A program made the position numbers and the translations under genes. DNA of 64,000 nucleotides from Minisyncoccia bacterium (GTDB lineage Bacteria; Patescibacteriota; Minisyncoccia; UBA6257; GWB1-50-10), in assembly GCA_049997815.1 (NCBI GenBank), contig JBEKVQ010000001.1, positions 20,642-84,641 on the forward strand, written 5' to 3'. The notes below the pieces were generated by a model. It worked only from the letters and a program-made list of their open reading frames with translations. It was not told the DNA's origin and made no database searches. This document shows positions 54,511-63,946 of the stretch, in pieces; the stretch's first letter is position 1, and every line of letters begins with the position of its first letter.

Positions 54511-57423
54511 ATGAAATTCAACGAACAACATACAATTGAAAATCACATCATCAAGTTTCTCAAGGAGGAACTTGGTTATGAATATATAAAACCGCAAGAG
54601 TTTGCGAAGCTGCGCGAATTTGAGAACGAATACATTATCGCCCCGCTCCTTACTGTGGCAATAAAGAAAATCAACGAGATTACTGATGAGACAGAAGCTC
54701 AAGTAGTAGTGCGTGAGGTTAAAAAGCTTGATTCAAACGAGGCATTCTTAAATGTTCTCCGAAACGGCCTCAACTTAAAAGATCCCGAAACCGGTAAGAT
54801 GCGTGATTATTTTATCGTTGATTTTGATAGGCCGGAAAACAATCATTTTGTTGTCACAAATCAATTTTATTTTGAAGGTAACTCCGAAAATATTCGCCCA
54901 GACGTGATGGTATTTCTAAACGGTCTGCCGGTGGTTGATATTGAGGCTAAGAGCCCAACTGCCTCAAGCAGTATTGATTACTCCAATGCCGTAGGTCAGA
55001 TAAAACGATACGAACGCAATGCCTTTAAACTTTTCTGGCCTAACTGTTTCAATATCGCCTCCGACGGCCTGAAGACCGTGTATGGCGCCACCTATGCTTC
55101 GGCAGAGTATTTCCTACAATGGCGCGAGGAGGAACTGGCGAAGAAATATGGTGAGGAGCTCGAAGTGACGCTTGCCGCACTTATCTCACGCGATCGCCTG
55201 CTTGATATCATCGGAAACTTTATTCTCTTTGAGAAAGAGCAAGAAGGAACCATAAAAAAGATCACCCGCTACATGCAGTATCGGGCCACCAATAAGATCG
55301 TTGAGCGTGTTCAAAGTGGAAAAACAAAGCGCGGCCTCGTTTGGCATACACAAGGGTCTGGAAAATCCTTCACTATGTTTTTTACCGCATGGAAGTTGCG
55401 TTTCGACAAGAAACTAAAAAACCCAAAGGTCTTCGTTTTGGTTGACCGGATTGATCTTGATGATCAGCTCTACAACACGTTTCTTAATTGTGGCGGGCAA
55501 AATGTGATCCGGGTAGAATCCCGTCGCGATCTTGAACGAAAAATCCAATCTCCAGAACGTGGCATTTTTATCTCTACAATTCAGAAATTCTCCGAGCTGG
55601 GCGATGAGGTAAAAAATCTCGACGAGAACATTATTGTTCTTTCTGACGAAGCGCACCGGGATAACGAGGGCATCTCCGCAATCAATTTGCGAAGCGCTAT
55701 GACGAACGCTTTTTTCTTCGGTTTTACTGGCACCCCGATTGATCGACTAACTCTCAATACCCACAGAAATTTCGGCGAGGAGGGAGAACGCTATCTTGAT
55801 TACTACTCTATTCAGCAAGCCGTTGATGATGGAGCGACGCTGCCGGTTACCTATGAAGCGCGGCTTTCTAAATTCTTCATTAACGAAGAGGAGCTTGATA
55901 AGCAATTCGACGAGCTCACAGTGGATCTGAACGAAAAAGAGAAGGACCAGATTTCAAAGAAATATGGTAAAAAGGAAGCAATCGTAAAGCTCGATAGGCG
56001 TATGGAGGCAATCGCCCGGGATATCGTTGAGCACTTCAAACTCTATGTTGAGCCAGCTGGGTTCAAGGCACAGATTGTTTGTTATGACCGCGAGACTACG
56101 GCCAAGTATAAAAAACTACTTGATCAACTTGTACCAAAAAACTGGTCTGAAGTTGTTTACTCTCCCGGAGATGCCAATACCGATTCAGAAGAGTTGCGGA
56201 CATATAACACGACGAAGGCAAAACGGGAGAAGATCATCAACGAGTTCAAAGATCCGAACAGTTCTCTGAAGTTCTTGCTCGTTTGCGATATGCTCTTGAC
56301 CGGCTTTGACGCGCCTGTTGAGCAAGTTATGTATCTTGATAAGCCACTATGGGATCACAATCTCCTGCAAGCAATCGCGCGGACGAACCGTATTTATCCA
56401 AATAAGGGGGCCGGAAAGGTTATTGATTACTATGGCATCACACGAAGTCTCTACAAATCGTTGAACTTCGACGAGAGTATTGTTGATTCCGCGATGATTA
56501 ATATTGACAAGCTCAAAGAGGAATTCGAGGAGGTTTTGGACGAATTGAAAAATCTCTTTGTCGGTATTAACACCGAAGACCCTTCTATCGAAAATCTCCG
56601 CCGGTGCTTAAAGATTTTTGCGGACAATATAGAAAAACAGAAGTTCTATCAGGAGAAGTACGCTCGTCTGAAGCTTCTTTTTGAAGTTCTGTCCCCGGAC
56701 CCATTTCTAAAAAAACATATTCGTATCTTCGAATGGTTTACAAGCGTATTCATCGCTTTTGAAAAAGAGTATGGTATGAAAGTATCCGATACGGAGCTTC
56801 TTGCAAAATACGGCGAGAAAGTGAAACAGCTCATCCAACAGCGAGTTGACTATGAGGGCATCACCAAGAATTTCCGCGAGCTTAATGTAAATGATCTTTA
56901 TGTAATGGAGCGGCTTAATAAGATGGATGACGAAGAAAAAGCGCTCAATCTTGAAAAGATGCTTAAGCAGGAAATTTCTATCAATGTTGATACGAATCCG
57001 GCATACAAGAAATTCAGCGAGCGGCTCTTGGCAATACGAAAAGAATTTGAGCAGCACCAAATTGATCTTGCGGAGCGAATTAAACGCTACCAAGAGCTTT
57101 TGTCGGATATAAAGAAAAAAGGAGACGAGGCAAAAGAGCTTGGCTTCACACTCAAGGAGTATGGTTTATTCGTTATCTCGGAAGAATTCATCGTTGATAG
57201 TGACAAAGCCACGGTGCATGAATTTATTAAGGAAATGACGAACCGGCTGGAAGAGGTGCTTGATGAAGGGTGGCAAGAATCCTCTAAGCGGGAAGAGTTT
57301 TTGAAGGAGGCCAAGAGGATCATTCAGGAGCTTGTGCTCAAGGAGTACAAGGGAAAGATAAGGGTCAACGACTTCCATAAGTATTTGAATCGGCTCATCG
57401 ACATCGTAATTAAGAAATTCTGA
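54511..57423 (+). CDS. hsdR: Type I RM restriction subunit HsdR (helicase/endonuclease)
   Basis: N-terminal nuclease region (VDIEAK), helicase motif I HTQGSGKS, DEAH box VLSDEAHRD, motif VI. 970 aa. Confidence 0.9.
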   Translation: MKFNEQHTIENHIIKFLKEELGYEYIKPQEFAKLREFENEYIIAPLLTVAIKKINEITDETEAQVVVREVKKLDSNEAFLNVLRNGLNLKDPETGKMRDYFIVDFDRPENNHFVVTNQFYFEGNSENIRPDVMVFLNGLPVVDIEAKSPTASSSIDYSNAVGQIKRYERNAFKLFWPNCFNIASDGLKTVYGATYASAEYFLQWREEELAKKYGEELEVTLAALISRDRLLDIIGNFILFEKEQEGTIKKITRYMQYRATNKIVERVQSGKTKRGLVWHTQGSGKSFTMFFTAWKLRFDKKLKNPKVFVLVDRIDLDDQLYNTFLNCGGQNVIRVESRRDLERKIQSPERGIFISTIQKFSELGDEVKNLDENIIVLSDEAHRDNEGISAINLRSAMTNAFFFGFTGTPIDRLTLNTHRNFGEEGERYLDYYSIQQAVDDGATLPVTYEARLSKFFINEEELDKQFDELTVDLNEKEKDQISKKYGKKEAIVKLDRRMEAIARDIVEHFKLYVEPAGFKAQIVCYDRETTAKYKKLLDQLVPKNWSEVVYSPGDANTDSEELRTYNTTKAKREKIINEFKDPNSSLKFLLVCDMLLTGFDAPVEQVMYLDKPLWDHNLLQAIARTNRIYPNKGAGKVIDYYGITRSLYKSLNFDESIVDSAMINIDKLKEEFEEVLDELKNLFVGINTEDPSIENLRRCLKIFADNIEKQKFYQEKYARLKLLFEVLSPDPFLKKHIRIFEWFTSVFIAFEKEYGMKVSDTELLAKYGEKVKQLIQQRVDYEGITKNFRELNVNDLYVMERLNKMDDEEKALNLEKMLKQEISINVDTNPAYKKFSERLLAIRKEFEQHQIDLAERIKRYQELLSDIKKKGDEAKELGFTLKEYGLFVISEEFIVDSDKATVHEFIKEMTNRLEEVLDEGWQESSKREEFLKEAKRIIQELVLKEYKGKIRVNDFHKYLNRLIDIVIKKF

Positions 57424-57424
57424 T

Positions 57425-57994
57425 ATGGAAAAGCAGATCACATTACAAAACAAAAAAGTCACTTACACTCTCCGAAAAAGCACACGGGCAAGAAGGATGC
57501 GCCTTGCTGTATATTGTGATGGGTCTGTCGTGGTGACGACGCCGCACGATTTACAAGAAACCACCGCCGAGAAGTTCATAAAGGAAAAGACGACTTGGTT
57601 ATTTTCAAAACTTGCATTCTTTAGGCAATTCAAAGGAAGATCGATTGCGCGACATAGCCATCAGGATTACTTAAATCGTAAAGAGGAAGCACTTGCTATT
57701 GTTCAGCAAAAAGTTGAAATCCTCGCGAAACGATACGGATTCCGATTCAATAGGATCAACATCAAAAATCAAAGGACCCGCTGGGGGAGCTGCTCGAAAA
57801 AGGGCAATCTGAATTTCAATTACAAGGTGATGTTTTTACCGGCAAATGCCCAAGAATACATTATTGCTCATGAACTTTGTCACCTGAAGGAATTCAACCA
57901 TTCGAAAAGGTTCTGGGGGCTGGTTTCAAAAATAGTATCGAATTACTCGAAAATTAAAAGTGAATTAAAAAAGAGTGGTTTATCTTTTTACTAA
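57425..57994 (+). CDS. DUF45/M48-family (YgjP-like) zinc metallohydrolase
   Basis: HELCHLKEFNHSKRFW HExxH motif. 2-bp gap after hsdR. This family frequently accompanies Type I RM operons. Confidence 0.7.
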   Translation: MEKQITLQNKKVTYTLRKSTRARRMRLAVYCDGSVVVTTPHDLQETTAEKFIKEKTTWLFSKLAFFRQFKGRSIARHSHQDYLNRKEEALAIVQQKVEILAKRYGFRFNRINIKNQRTRWGSCSKKGNLNFNYKVMFLPANAQEYIIAHELCHLKEFNHSKRFWGLVSKIVSNYSKIKSELKKSGLSFY

Positions 57995-58087
57995 AATAAA
58001 ATCACCCATACTGGGTGATTTTATTCAAGTAACTCGGTCGCACTAGTGCCTCGGCTGAGGCCATCGGTACGATAACAACGCCTTGTC

Positions 58088-58106
58088 TGCGGAGGGTAGA
58101 GGATTC
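58088..58106. repeat. 19-bp direct repeat tgcggagggtagaggattc (tRNA-proximal att-like copy)
   Basis: Forms the 3' end (T-loop to discriminator) of tRNA-Ser(CGA). Identical to 39777-39795. Confidence 0.6.
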
Positions 58107-58176
58107 GAACCTCTGAGGGGATTTCTCCCCAACCGCATTTCGAGTGCGGCGCGTTAGACCACTCTGCCAACCCTCC
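58090..58176 (-). tRNA. tRNA-Ser (anticodon CGA)
   Basis: Reverse complement GGAGGGTTGGCAGAGTGGTCTAACGCGCCGCA-CTCGAAA-TGCGG...GGTTCGAATCCTCTACCCTCCG. Long variable arm. Anticodon loop CTCGAAA. Confidence 0.85.
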
Positions 58177-58184
58177 TTCGCACG

Positions 58185-58256
58185 TGCCCCCGAGAGGAAT
58201 CGAACTTCTATCTTATCCTTAGGACGGATCCGCTCTATCCATTGAGCTACGGGGGC
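58185..58256 (-). tRNA. tRNA-Arg (anticodon CCT)
   Basis: Reverse complement GCCCCCG TA GCTC AATGGATA GAGC G GATCC GTCCTAA GGATA ... GTTCGATTC ... CGGGGGC A. Anticodon stem is 4 bp plus a 27:43 G-A mismatch. Confidence 0.7.
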
Positions 58257-58326
58257 GATGCTATGTATTTATATGATAAGTTGAAGCTCATGTAAAGTTT
58301 TGTTATGATGTTCTCGCAACAAATAA

Positions 58327-58398
58327 GGGCGATTAGCTCAGTGGTAGAGCGTTTCATTGACATTGAAAAGGTCAGAGGTTCGATACCTCTATCGCCCA
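58327..58398 (+). tRNA. tRNA-Val (anticodon GAC)
   Basis: GGGCGAT TA GCTC AGTGGTA GAGC G TTTCA TTGACAT TGAAA AGGTC AGAGG TTCGATA CCTCT ATCGCCC A. Confidence 0.85.
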
Positions 58399-58406
58399 CA
58401 GGCAGG

Positions 58407-58477
58407 GGGCCTATAGTAAAACGGTATTACGCGGCCATGGCATGGCTGAGGTCGGGGTTCGATTCCCCGTAGGTCCA
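58407..58477 (+). tRNA. tRNA-Ala (anticodon GGC)
   Basis: GGGCCTA ... CGGCC ATGGCAT GGCTG ... CGGGG TTCGATT CCCCG TAGGTCC A. Has the G3:U70 wobble pair characteristic of tRNA-Ala. Confidence 0.8.
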
Positions 58478-58489
58478 CGGGATTTATTC

Positions 58490-58576
58490 GGAGGCGTGCG
58501 CGAGTGGTTGAAACGGACGGTCTTGAAAACCGTTATGTCCGCAAGGGCATCGAAGGTTCGAATCCTTCCGCCTCCG
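58490..58576 (+). tRNA. tRNA-Ser (anticodon TGA)
   Basis: GGAGGCG ... ACGGT CTTGAAA ACCGT, a long variable arm, AAGG TTCGAAT CCTT, CGCCTCC G. Confidence 0.85.
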
Positions 58577-58613
58577 CAAAATAGATTTTCTTGATTTTAT
58601 CCGTTAAAGTTTA

Positions 58614-59165
58614 GTGATGGATTCGGATGAGCATATTATTAAACTTTATTTGGAGGGCCAGAGAGATTTCTTGGGAGTCCTCATAAACAGATACATAGAC
58701 CATATCTATAATTTTATCTTCAGATTCGTGCGGGACCGCGGACGAGCAGAAGATTTAACTCAAGAAACCTTTATAAAGGTTTGGAAAAATCTCCATAGAT
58801 TTGACCCAGAGAGAAAATTCAAAACGTGGCTCTTCCAGATAGCGAGAAATACCACGCTCGATTTCTTGAGGAAAAAGAAGAGCATTAACTTTTCCGAGCT
58901 GGAGGGAGAAGACGGGGAGATTTTCGAGGTTGCCGATTCGGGGCCCACGCCTCATGAAATTTTTGAGAAAAAAGAGGCGGGAATCATGATTCAAGAAATC
59001 TTGGATGAATTGCCGCCGAAATACAGTTCAGTTCTGGTTCTGTATTATCAGAATCAGTTGAATTTTAGGGAGATTGCCGAGTTGAGCAATGAGTCCGTGG
59101 ATACCATAAAAAGTCGCCACCGGCGAGCCATCTCTCTTGTGAAAAAGAAAATTCCTCATGATTAA
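58614..59165 (+). CDS. ECF-type RNA polymerase sigma factor
   Basis: Region 2 (AEDLTQETFIKVWKNLHRF) and region 4 (LPPKYSSVLVLYYQNQLNFREIAELSNESVDTIKSRHRRA). Confidence 0.8.
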   Translation: MMDSDEHIIKLYLEGQRDFLGVLINRYIDHIYNFIFRFVRDRGRAEDLTQETFIKVWKNLHRFDPERKFKTWLFQIARNTTLDFLRKKKSINFSELEGEDGEIFEVADSGPTPHEIFEKKEAGIMIQEILDELPPKYSSVLVLYYQNQLNFREIAELSNESVDTIKSRHRRAISLVKKKIPHD

Positions 59166-59203
59166 ATGCACCCAAAACGTCGCATCATCCGTATTAGGAA
59201 CTA

Positions 59204-59632
59204 ATGGACGAATCTGATGGATTCGGGAAGATTGTTTTGGAATCGGAGCTCCAGGCCCCAGTAGGGCTTTTGGAGAAAATTTTGTTTTCTATCGCAAGGC
59301 GTGAACGCCGTTCGGCTACTCTGAAATTCGCGGCTTATTCCTGTGCATCGGCGCTTGTCGCGATCCTGCTCTTTTTCTCCTGGAGTGCGGCGAATGCGGC
59401 CTTCTACCGAAACGGCACCTCTCAGCTATTCTCTCTAGTTTTTTCCGACTTCCAGTCGATTTTGGCTAACTGGAATTATTTTATCTTGTCCGTAATTGAA
59501 TCGTTGCCAGTTTTAGAGATAATATATCTGCTTCTTTCCGTCGCAGTGCTCTCGGTTCTGATATCGCTTGCGGCGGCGAACGTCAGAAATATCGGTCGCA
59601 TAAGAAATTTCGGATTAAAACATGCTCGATAA
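59204..59632 (+). CDS. putative membrane anti-sigma factor
   Basis: Immediately downstream of the ECF sigma gene. Cytoplasmic N-region followed by two TM helices. The function is inferred from position. Confidence 0.35.
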   Translation: MDESDGFGKIVLESELQAPVGLLEKILFSIARRERRSATLKFAAYSCASALVAILLFFSWSAANAAFYRNGTSQLFSLVFSDFQSILANWNYFILSVIESLPVLEIIYLLLSVAVLSVLISLAAANVRNIGRIRNFGLKHAR

Positions 59633-60095
59633 CGTTTTGAGATCCAGGTGGCTCCGAATTTCAGTTTTTACTCTCTTGGCACTCATTATTCTTCTTGCGG
59701 TCTTTTGGTTTGGTATGGTCATAGGAGAAAAGAGGGCGGATTTCAAGAACAATTGGGGGCAGAACTATGGACGATTTTTCGGCGAACCGCGGCACGGATT
59801 TTTCGGTGAGTTGCCCAGCGGCGGTCCCGGAAATCCATTTGGGAACGCCGGCACGGTTCTGAGCGTCCAAGGGGACACGATAGTAACCAAGAGCAGCGAT
59901 AACAGCGAAAAAACCATATTAGTCACTTCGAGCACGGTTATCAGGGAACAGTCGGAAGCGGAGGCCTTGAGTGAAATAAAGCCGGGTGATCTTATTGTGG
60001 CCATAGGCGCGCCGAACGCGAGCGGCCAGATTGAAGCCAGTTTCATAAGGATATTCCCGGCGCCGCCGAACGGCTCTCTTCCTCCGAAGCAATAA
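59622..60095 (+). CDS. membrane-anchored hypothetical protein
   Basis: N-terminal TM helix. Gly/Pro-rich segment, then a beta-rich C-terminal domain. Overlaps the upstream gene by 11 bp. Confidence 0.35.
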   Translation: MLDNVLRSRWLRISVFTLLALIILLAVFWFGMVIGEKRADFKNNWGQNYGRFFGEPRHGFFGELPSGGPGNPFGNAGTVLSVQGDTIVTKSSDNSEKTILVTSSTVIREQSEAEALSEIKPGDLIVAIGAPNASGQIEASFIRIFPAPPNGSLPPKQ

Positions 60096-60109
60096 TCCGA
60101 ATTTTAAAA

Positions 60110-61921
60110 ATGAAAACTTTTTTTAGCGGCCTCAAAAAGAGGGTATCGGAACACAAATTCATAGCTGCCGTAGTTATCGTTTTGGTCGCCTGGGGCGGTT
60201 ATTATGCTTATGGAAAACTGAGCACGACTGCCACCGAAACGCGCTACGTTCTGGCCGCCGTAGAGAAGGGTACGCTCGTCTCTTCGGTCTCCGGCACCGG
60301 CCAAGTTTCGGTTCTGGACCAGATGGACATAAAGCCAAAAGTTTCCGGGGACGTAACCTCCATTTTGGTAAAAGAAGGGGACACGGTTAAATCCGGAGCG
60401 TTGCTCATAAAACTCGACTCAACCGACGCCCAAAAAGCCGTTCGGGATGCCCAAGCCAATCTCGACAGCGCAAAACTGGCTCTGCAGAAACTCGTGGAGC
60501 CGGCCGATGCTCTGTCTCTAATCCAGGCTCAGGATGCTCTTTCTCAAGCCCAGCAGTCCAAACAGGATGCGGAAGCAAATTTTTCCAAGTCCTATGATGA
60601 CGGTTTTAATTCCATCTCGAATGCTTTTACGGATTTGCCCGCTGTTGTAACCGGATTGGATAATCTCTTGCATGGAACGTCGGTAAACGGCATTCAAACC
60701 AACATAGATGCTTACTACAACATGGCTAATGGATATAAACCCAACGTGTCCCAGTTCCGGGATGCGGCTGCGGCCAGCTATCAAGCGGCGCGGACGGCCT
60801 ACGACCAGAATGTTCAGGACTATAAGAATGCCGGCCGGACATCGGACCATCCGACGATCGATTCTCTACTCAGTGAGACGTACAACACCACTATTTTGAT
60901 ATCCGATGCCCTGAAGGATACTAAGAACCTTATTGATCTGGCCTATGACTCCCTGAATTCTCAGAATGGTAAGATTCCGGCCATTCTAACTACCCATGAA
61001 AACAATCTTCAGAGCTACACCGCCACTACGAATTCTCATCTAACCGACCTTTTAAACATTCAAAACTCGATAAAAAATTATAGCGATGCAATCACGAATG
61101 CGAATCAATCCATTTCGGAGAAGACCCAAGCGCTTACCGACCTTAAGAACGGCGCAAATCCATTGGACATTCAATCTCAGCAACTTGCAGTTACACAGAG
61201 GGGAAACGCCCTTCTGGATGCCCAAGAAACGCTCGCAGACTATTCTATCCGAGCGCCGTTTGACGGCGTCGTGGCCAAGATAGATGTCAATAAGGGAGAT
61301 CCAGCTTCTTCGGGTGCTGTGGTGACCACAATGATTTCTAACCAGAGCATCGCCAACGTCTCCTTAAATGAGGTGGATGTCGCCAAGGTCAAAGTTGGCC
61401 AGAAAGCGACAATGACCTTCGATGCTTTCTCGGGGCTCACGATTGCCGGCCAGGTTTCCCAGGTTGATACGATAGGAACCGTGAGCCAAGGAGTGGTGAA
61501 TTACAATATTCAGATACTCTTTGGCACTCAAGACGACAGGATTAAACCGTCAATGAGCGTTTCGGCCTCGATAATCACGGATGTAAAACAAGATGTCCTC
61601 CTCGTACCCAACTCGGCCGTTAAGACGCAAAACGGAAATTCTTATGTTCAAGTGTTGATCAATGTTCCACAGAATGCTTCGTCTACAAGCAGTCAGGGAA
61701 TCGTTTCAAGCATACCCCCGAGCCAGGTCCAGATAACGACGGGGATTTCGAACGGTTCGAAGACGGAAGTGGCAAGCGGATTGAATGAAGGTGACCTCAT
61801 CGTGACGCGGACCATAACCGGAACGACCGCAGCATCGGCATCTCCGACAGCGCAAAGTTCTTCGCTCGGCGGACTGAGAATTCCCGGATTGGGTGGAGGC
61901 GGCGCACCGGCCGGTCGTTAG
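60110..61921 (+). CDS. HlyD/MacA-type periplasmic adaptor (membrane-fusion protein) with an extended coiled coil
   Basis: N-terminal TM anchor, biotinyl-lipoyl-like half-motifs flanking a very long alpha-helical hairpin, then beta-barrel and MP domains. Precedes the ABC ATPase and FtsX permease genes. Confidence 0.7.
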   Translation: MKTFFSGLKKRVSEHKFIAAVVIVLVAWGGYYAYGKLSTTATETRYVLAAVEKGTLVSSVSGTGQVSVLDQMDIKPKVSGDVTSILVKEGDTVKSGALLIKLDSTDAQKAVRDAQANLDSAKLALQKLVEPADALSLIQAQDALSQAQQSKQDAEANFSKSYDDGFNSISNAFTDLPAVVTGLDNLLHGTSVNGIQTNIDAYYNMANGYKPNVSQFRDAAAASYQAARTAYDQNVQDYKNAGRTSDHPTIDSLLSETYNTTILISDALKDTKNLIDLAYDSLNSQNGKIPAILTTHENNLQSYTATTNSHLTDLLNIQNSIKNYSDAITNANQSISEKTQALTDLKNGANPLDIQSQQLAVTQRGNALLDAQETLADYSIRAPFDGVVAKIDVNKGDPASSGAVVTTMISNQSIANVSLNEVDVAKVKVGQKATMTFDAFSGLTIAGQVSQVDTIGTVSQGVVNYNIQILFGTQDDRIKPSMSVSASIITDVKQDVLLVPNSAVKTQNGNSYVQVLINVPQNASSTSSQGIVSSIPPSQVQITTGISNGSKTEVASGLNEGDLIVTRTITGTTAASASPTAQSSSLGGLRIPGLGGGGAPAGR

Positions 61922-61927
61922 TTCCCT

Positions 61928-62650
61928 ATGATTGAGTGCAAGAATATCGTTAAGATCTACAGGACCGGGGATATTGAAACCTTGGCGCTTAAGGATGTTT
62001 CTTTCCACATTCGGGAGGGGGAGTTCGTGGCTATTATGGGTCCGTCCGGTTCCGGCAAATCCACTCTTATGCATATCTTGGGCGCGCTCGATACTCCCAC
62101 TTCAGGAACCTATAAATTGGATGGGCACGATGTTTCGAAACTATCGGACGACGAACTGGCTGACATCAGGAAAAATAAAATAGGTTTCGTCTTTCAATCG
62201 TTCAATCTTCTTCCCCGGGCCACCGTTTTAAGGAATGTTACACTCCCGCTCATCTACGCCAATGTCGCCAAGGATAAACGGGAGGAGCAGGCCGAGCATG
62301 CACTTGATGCCGCCGGCCTTGACCGTGATCACTGGAATCACCTCTCGAATCAGCTTTCGGGCGGACAGATGCAGCGCGTCGCGATAGCGCGGGCGCTCGT
62401 AAACAATCCGTCCATCATTCTTGCCGATGAGCCGACTGGTAACTTGGATTCCAAGACCGGCGAAGTTGTGCTTGGCACCTTTCAGGAACTGAATAAGAGC
62501 GGCCATCACACAATCATTCTAATCACCCACGAGCTTTATGTGGCGGAACACGCCGATAGAATTATTCACATTCAAGATGGCTCCATCGTGGAAGACAAGA
62601 GGAACCTGAGTAAGAGGGAGGCCCATAGTCATCATAAGGCGCAAATATGA
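61928..62650 (+). CDS. ABC transporter ATP-binding protein (MacB/LolD-like)
   Basis: GPSGSGKST Walker [16 protein letters not shown] signature, [11 protein letters not shown] Walker B. Confidence 0.9.
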   Translation: MIECKNIVKIYRTGDIETLALKDVSFHIREGEFVAIMGPSGSGKSTLMHILGALDTPTSGTYKLDGHDVSKLSDDELADIRKNKIGFVFQSFNLLPRATVLRNVTLPLIYANVAKDKREEQAEHALDAAGLDRDHWNHLSNQLSGGQMQRVAIARALVNNPSIILADEPTGNLDSKTGEVVLGTFQELNKSGHHTIILITHELYVAEHADRIIHIQDGSIVEDKRNLSKREAHSHHKAQI

Positions 62651-63888
62651 ATATTCCCGATATCTTTGAAGAAACATATTCGTCGCTTGCGGCGAACAAG
62701 GTAAGAACCGGCCTCACGATGCTCGGCATCGTGATTGGCATCGGCTCCGTGATAGCGATGGTCTCCATAGGTCAGGGCGCTCAGGGCTCTATAGAATCCA
62801 GAATCCAATCGATCGGTTCCAATCTGATAATCGTGACGCCGGGAGCGGCAAGAAGTTTCGGCTACGGTGCGAGCGCCGGCCGGGGCGGTGCTCAAACCCT
62901 CACTCTTGACGATGCGAGCGCCATCTCCCAATTGGATGGCGTAGCCGCGATATCGCCTGAGGTAAGCGGCAGGTACCAGGTTATTTCGCGCGGCACGAAT
63001 ACGAACACGAGCGTTTGGGGCGTGACTGCGTCGTATCCTCAAGTGCGGAACGTGGAAGTTGACCAGGGCGTATTCGTGACTGACGCCGATGTAAATGATA
63101 CGGCTAAAATCGCGGTAATCGGCCCGACCGTGCTTCAAGATCTTTTTGGTTCCACCGACACGACAGCGACCCCCGACCAGGCCATCGGCCAAATCGTCAG
63201 GATAAAGAGTACGGAGTTCAAAATAGTGGGTGTCACGAAGTCCAAGGGAGGCACCGGTTTTGGAAATCAGGACGATATGATATACGTTCCTCTCTCGACC
63301 GCTCAGCTTCTCTTGGTCGGCAGTAAGTCGTACGTTACGGAGTTAGATGTCCAGGCCCAGGACCAGCAATCCTTGGCGAATGTTCAGACAAGCATCACGA
63401 ATCTTCTCCTGCAGCGGCATAATATTTCGGACCCGACCCAAGCGGATTTCAGTGTATTGAACCAAGCCGACATTGTGGCAACGGCATCCTCGATCACGAA
63501 CACTCTTACCATTCTTCTCGGGGCCATTGCCGGAATTTCGCTTATCGTGGGTGGCATCGGTATCATGAACATGATGCTTACGACTGTGACGGAGCGCACG
63601 CGGGAGATAGGCCTTCGCAAAGCCATTGGGGCGAAGAATAAAGACATTAGCACCCAATTCCTTTCGGAGTCGGTGATGCTGACTTTCTCGGGAGGAGTTT
63701 TTGGCGTAGTTTTCGGGTGGCTCGCAGCATCGGCCGTGACGCAGTTCGCCGGAATCGCGACCTCGATCGCTTGGTCATCGGTGCTACTCGCTTTCGGGGT
63801 TTCGGCGGCCATCGGCATTGTTTTCGGTTATTATCCGGCTCGACGTGCGGCATCACTGAACCCGATAGAAGCGTTGAGATACGAATAA
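62647..63888 (+). CDS. ABC transporter permease, FtsX/MacB family
   Basis: N-terminal TM helix, a large periplasmic domain, and a C-terminal FtsX 3-TM bundle (GGIGIMNMMLTTVTERTREIGLRKAIGA). 4-bp overlap with the ATPase gene. Confidence 0.85.
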   Translation: MNIPDIFEETYSSLAANKVRTGLTMLGIVIGIGSVIAMVSIGQGAQGSIESRIQSIGSNLIIVTPGAARSFGYGASAGRGGAQTLTLDDASAISQLDGVAAISPEVSGRYQVISRGTNTNTSVWGVTASYPQVRNVEVDQGVFVTDADVNDTAKIAVIGPTVLQDLFGSTDTTATPDQAIGQIVRIKSTEFKIVGVTKSKGGTGFGNQDDMIYVPLSTAQLLLVGSKSYVTELDVQAQDQQSLANVQTSITNLLLQRHNISDPTQADFSVLNQADIVATASSITNTLTILLGAIAGISLIVGGIGIMNMMLTTVTERTREIGLRKAIGAKNKDISTQFLSESVMLTFSGGVFGVVFGWLAASAVTQFAGIATSIAWSSVLLAFGVSAAIGIVFGYYPARRAASLNPIEALRYE

Positions 63889-63946
63889 AAACAAAACCCG
63901 CCATTCGGCGGTTCCAGAATAAAAGTCGACTAATTAAAATAAAAAA

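Larger units (their letters stand above)
39777..58106. mobile_element. ~18.3-kb integrated genomic island/degraded prophage inserted at the 3' end of tRNA-Ser(CGA)
   Basis: Bounded by 19-bp direct repeats. Cargo: ImmR/ImmA, ParB-MTase, MTase, unknown genes, DGR, large serine recombinase, Type I RM with an embedded gene, and a DUF45 hydrolase. Base composition differs sharply between modules. Confidence 0.55.
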
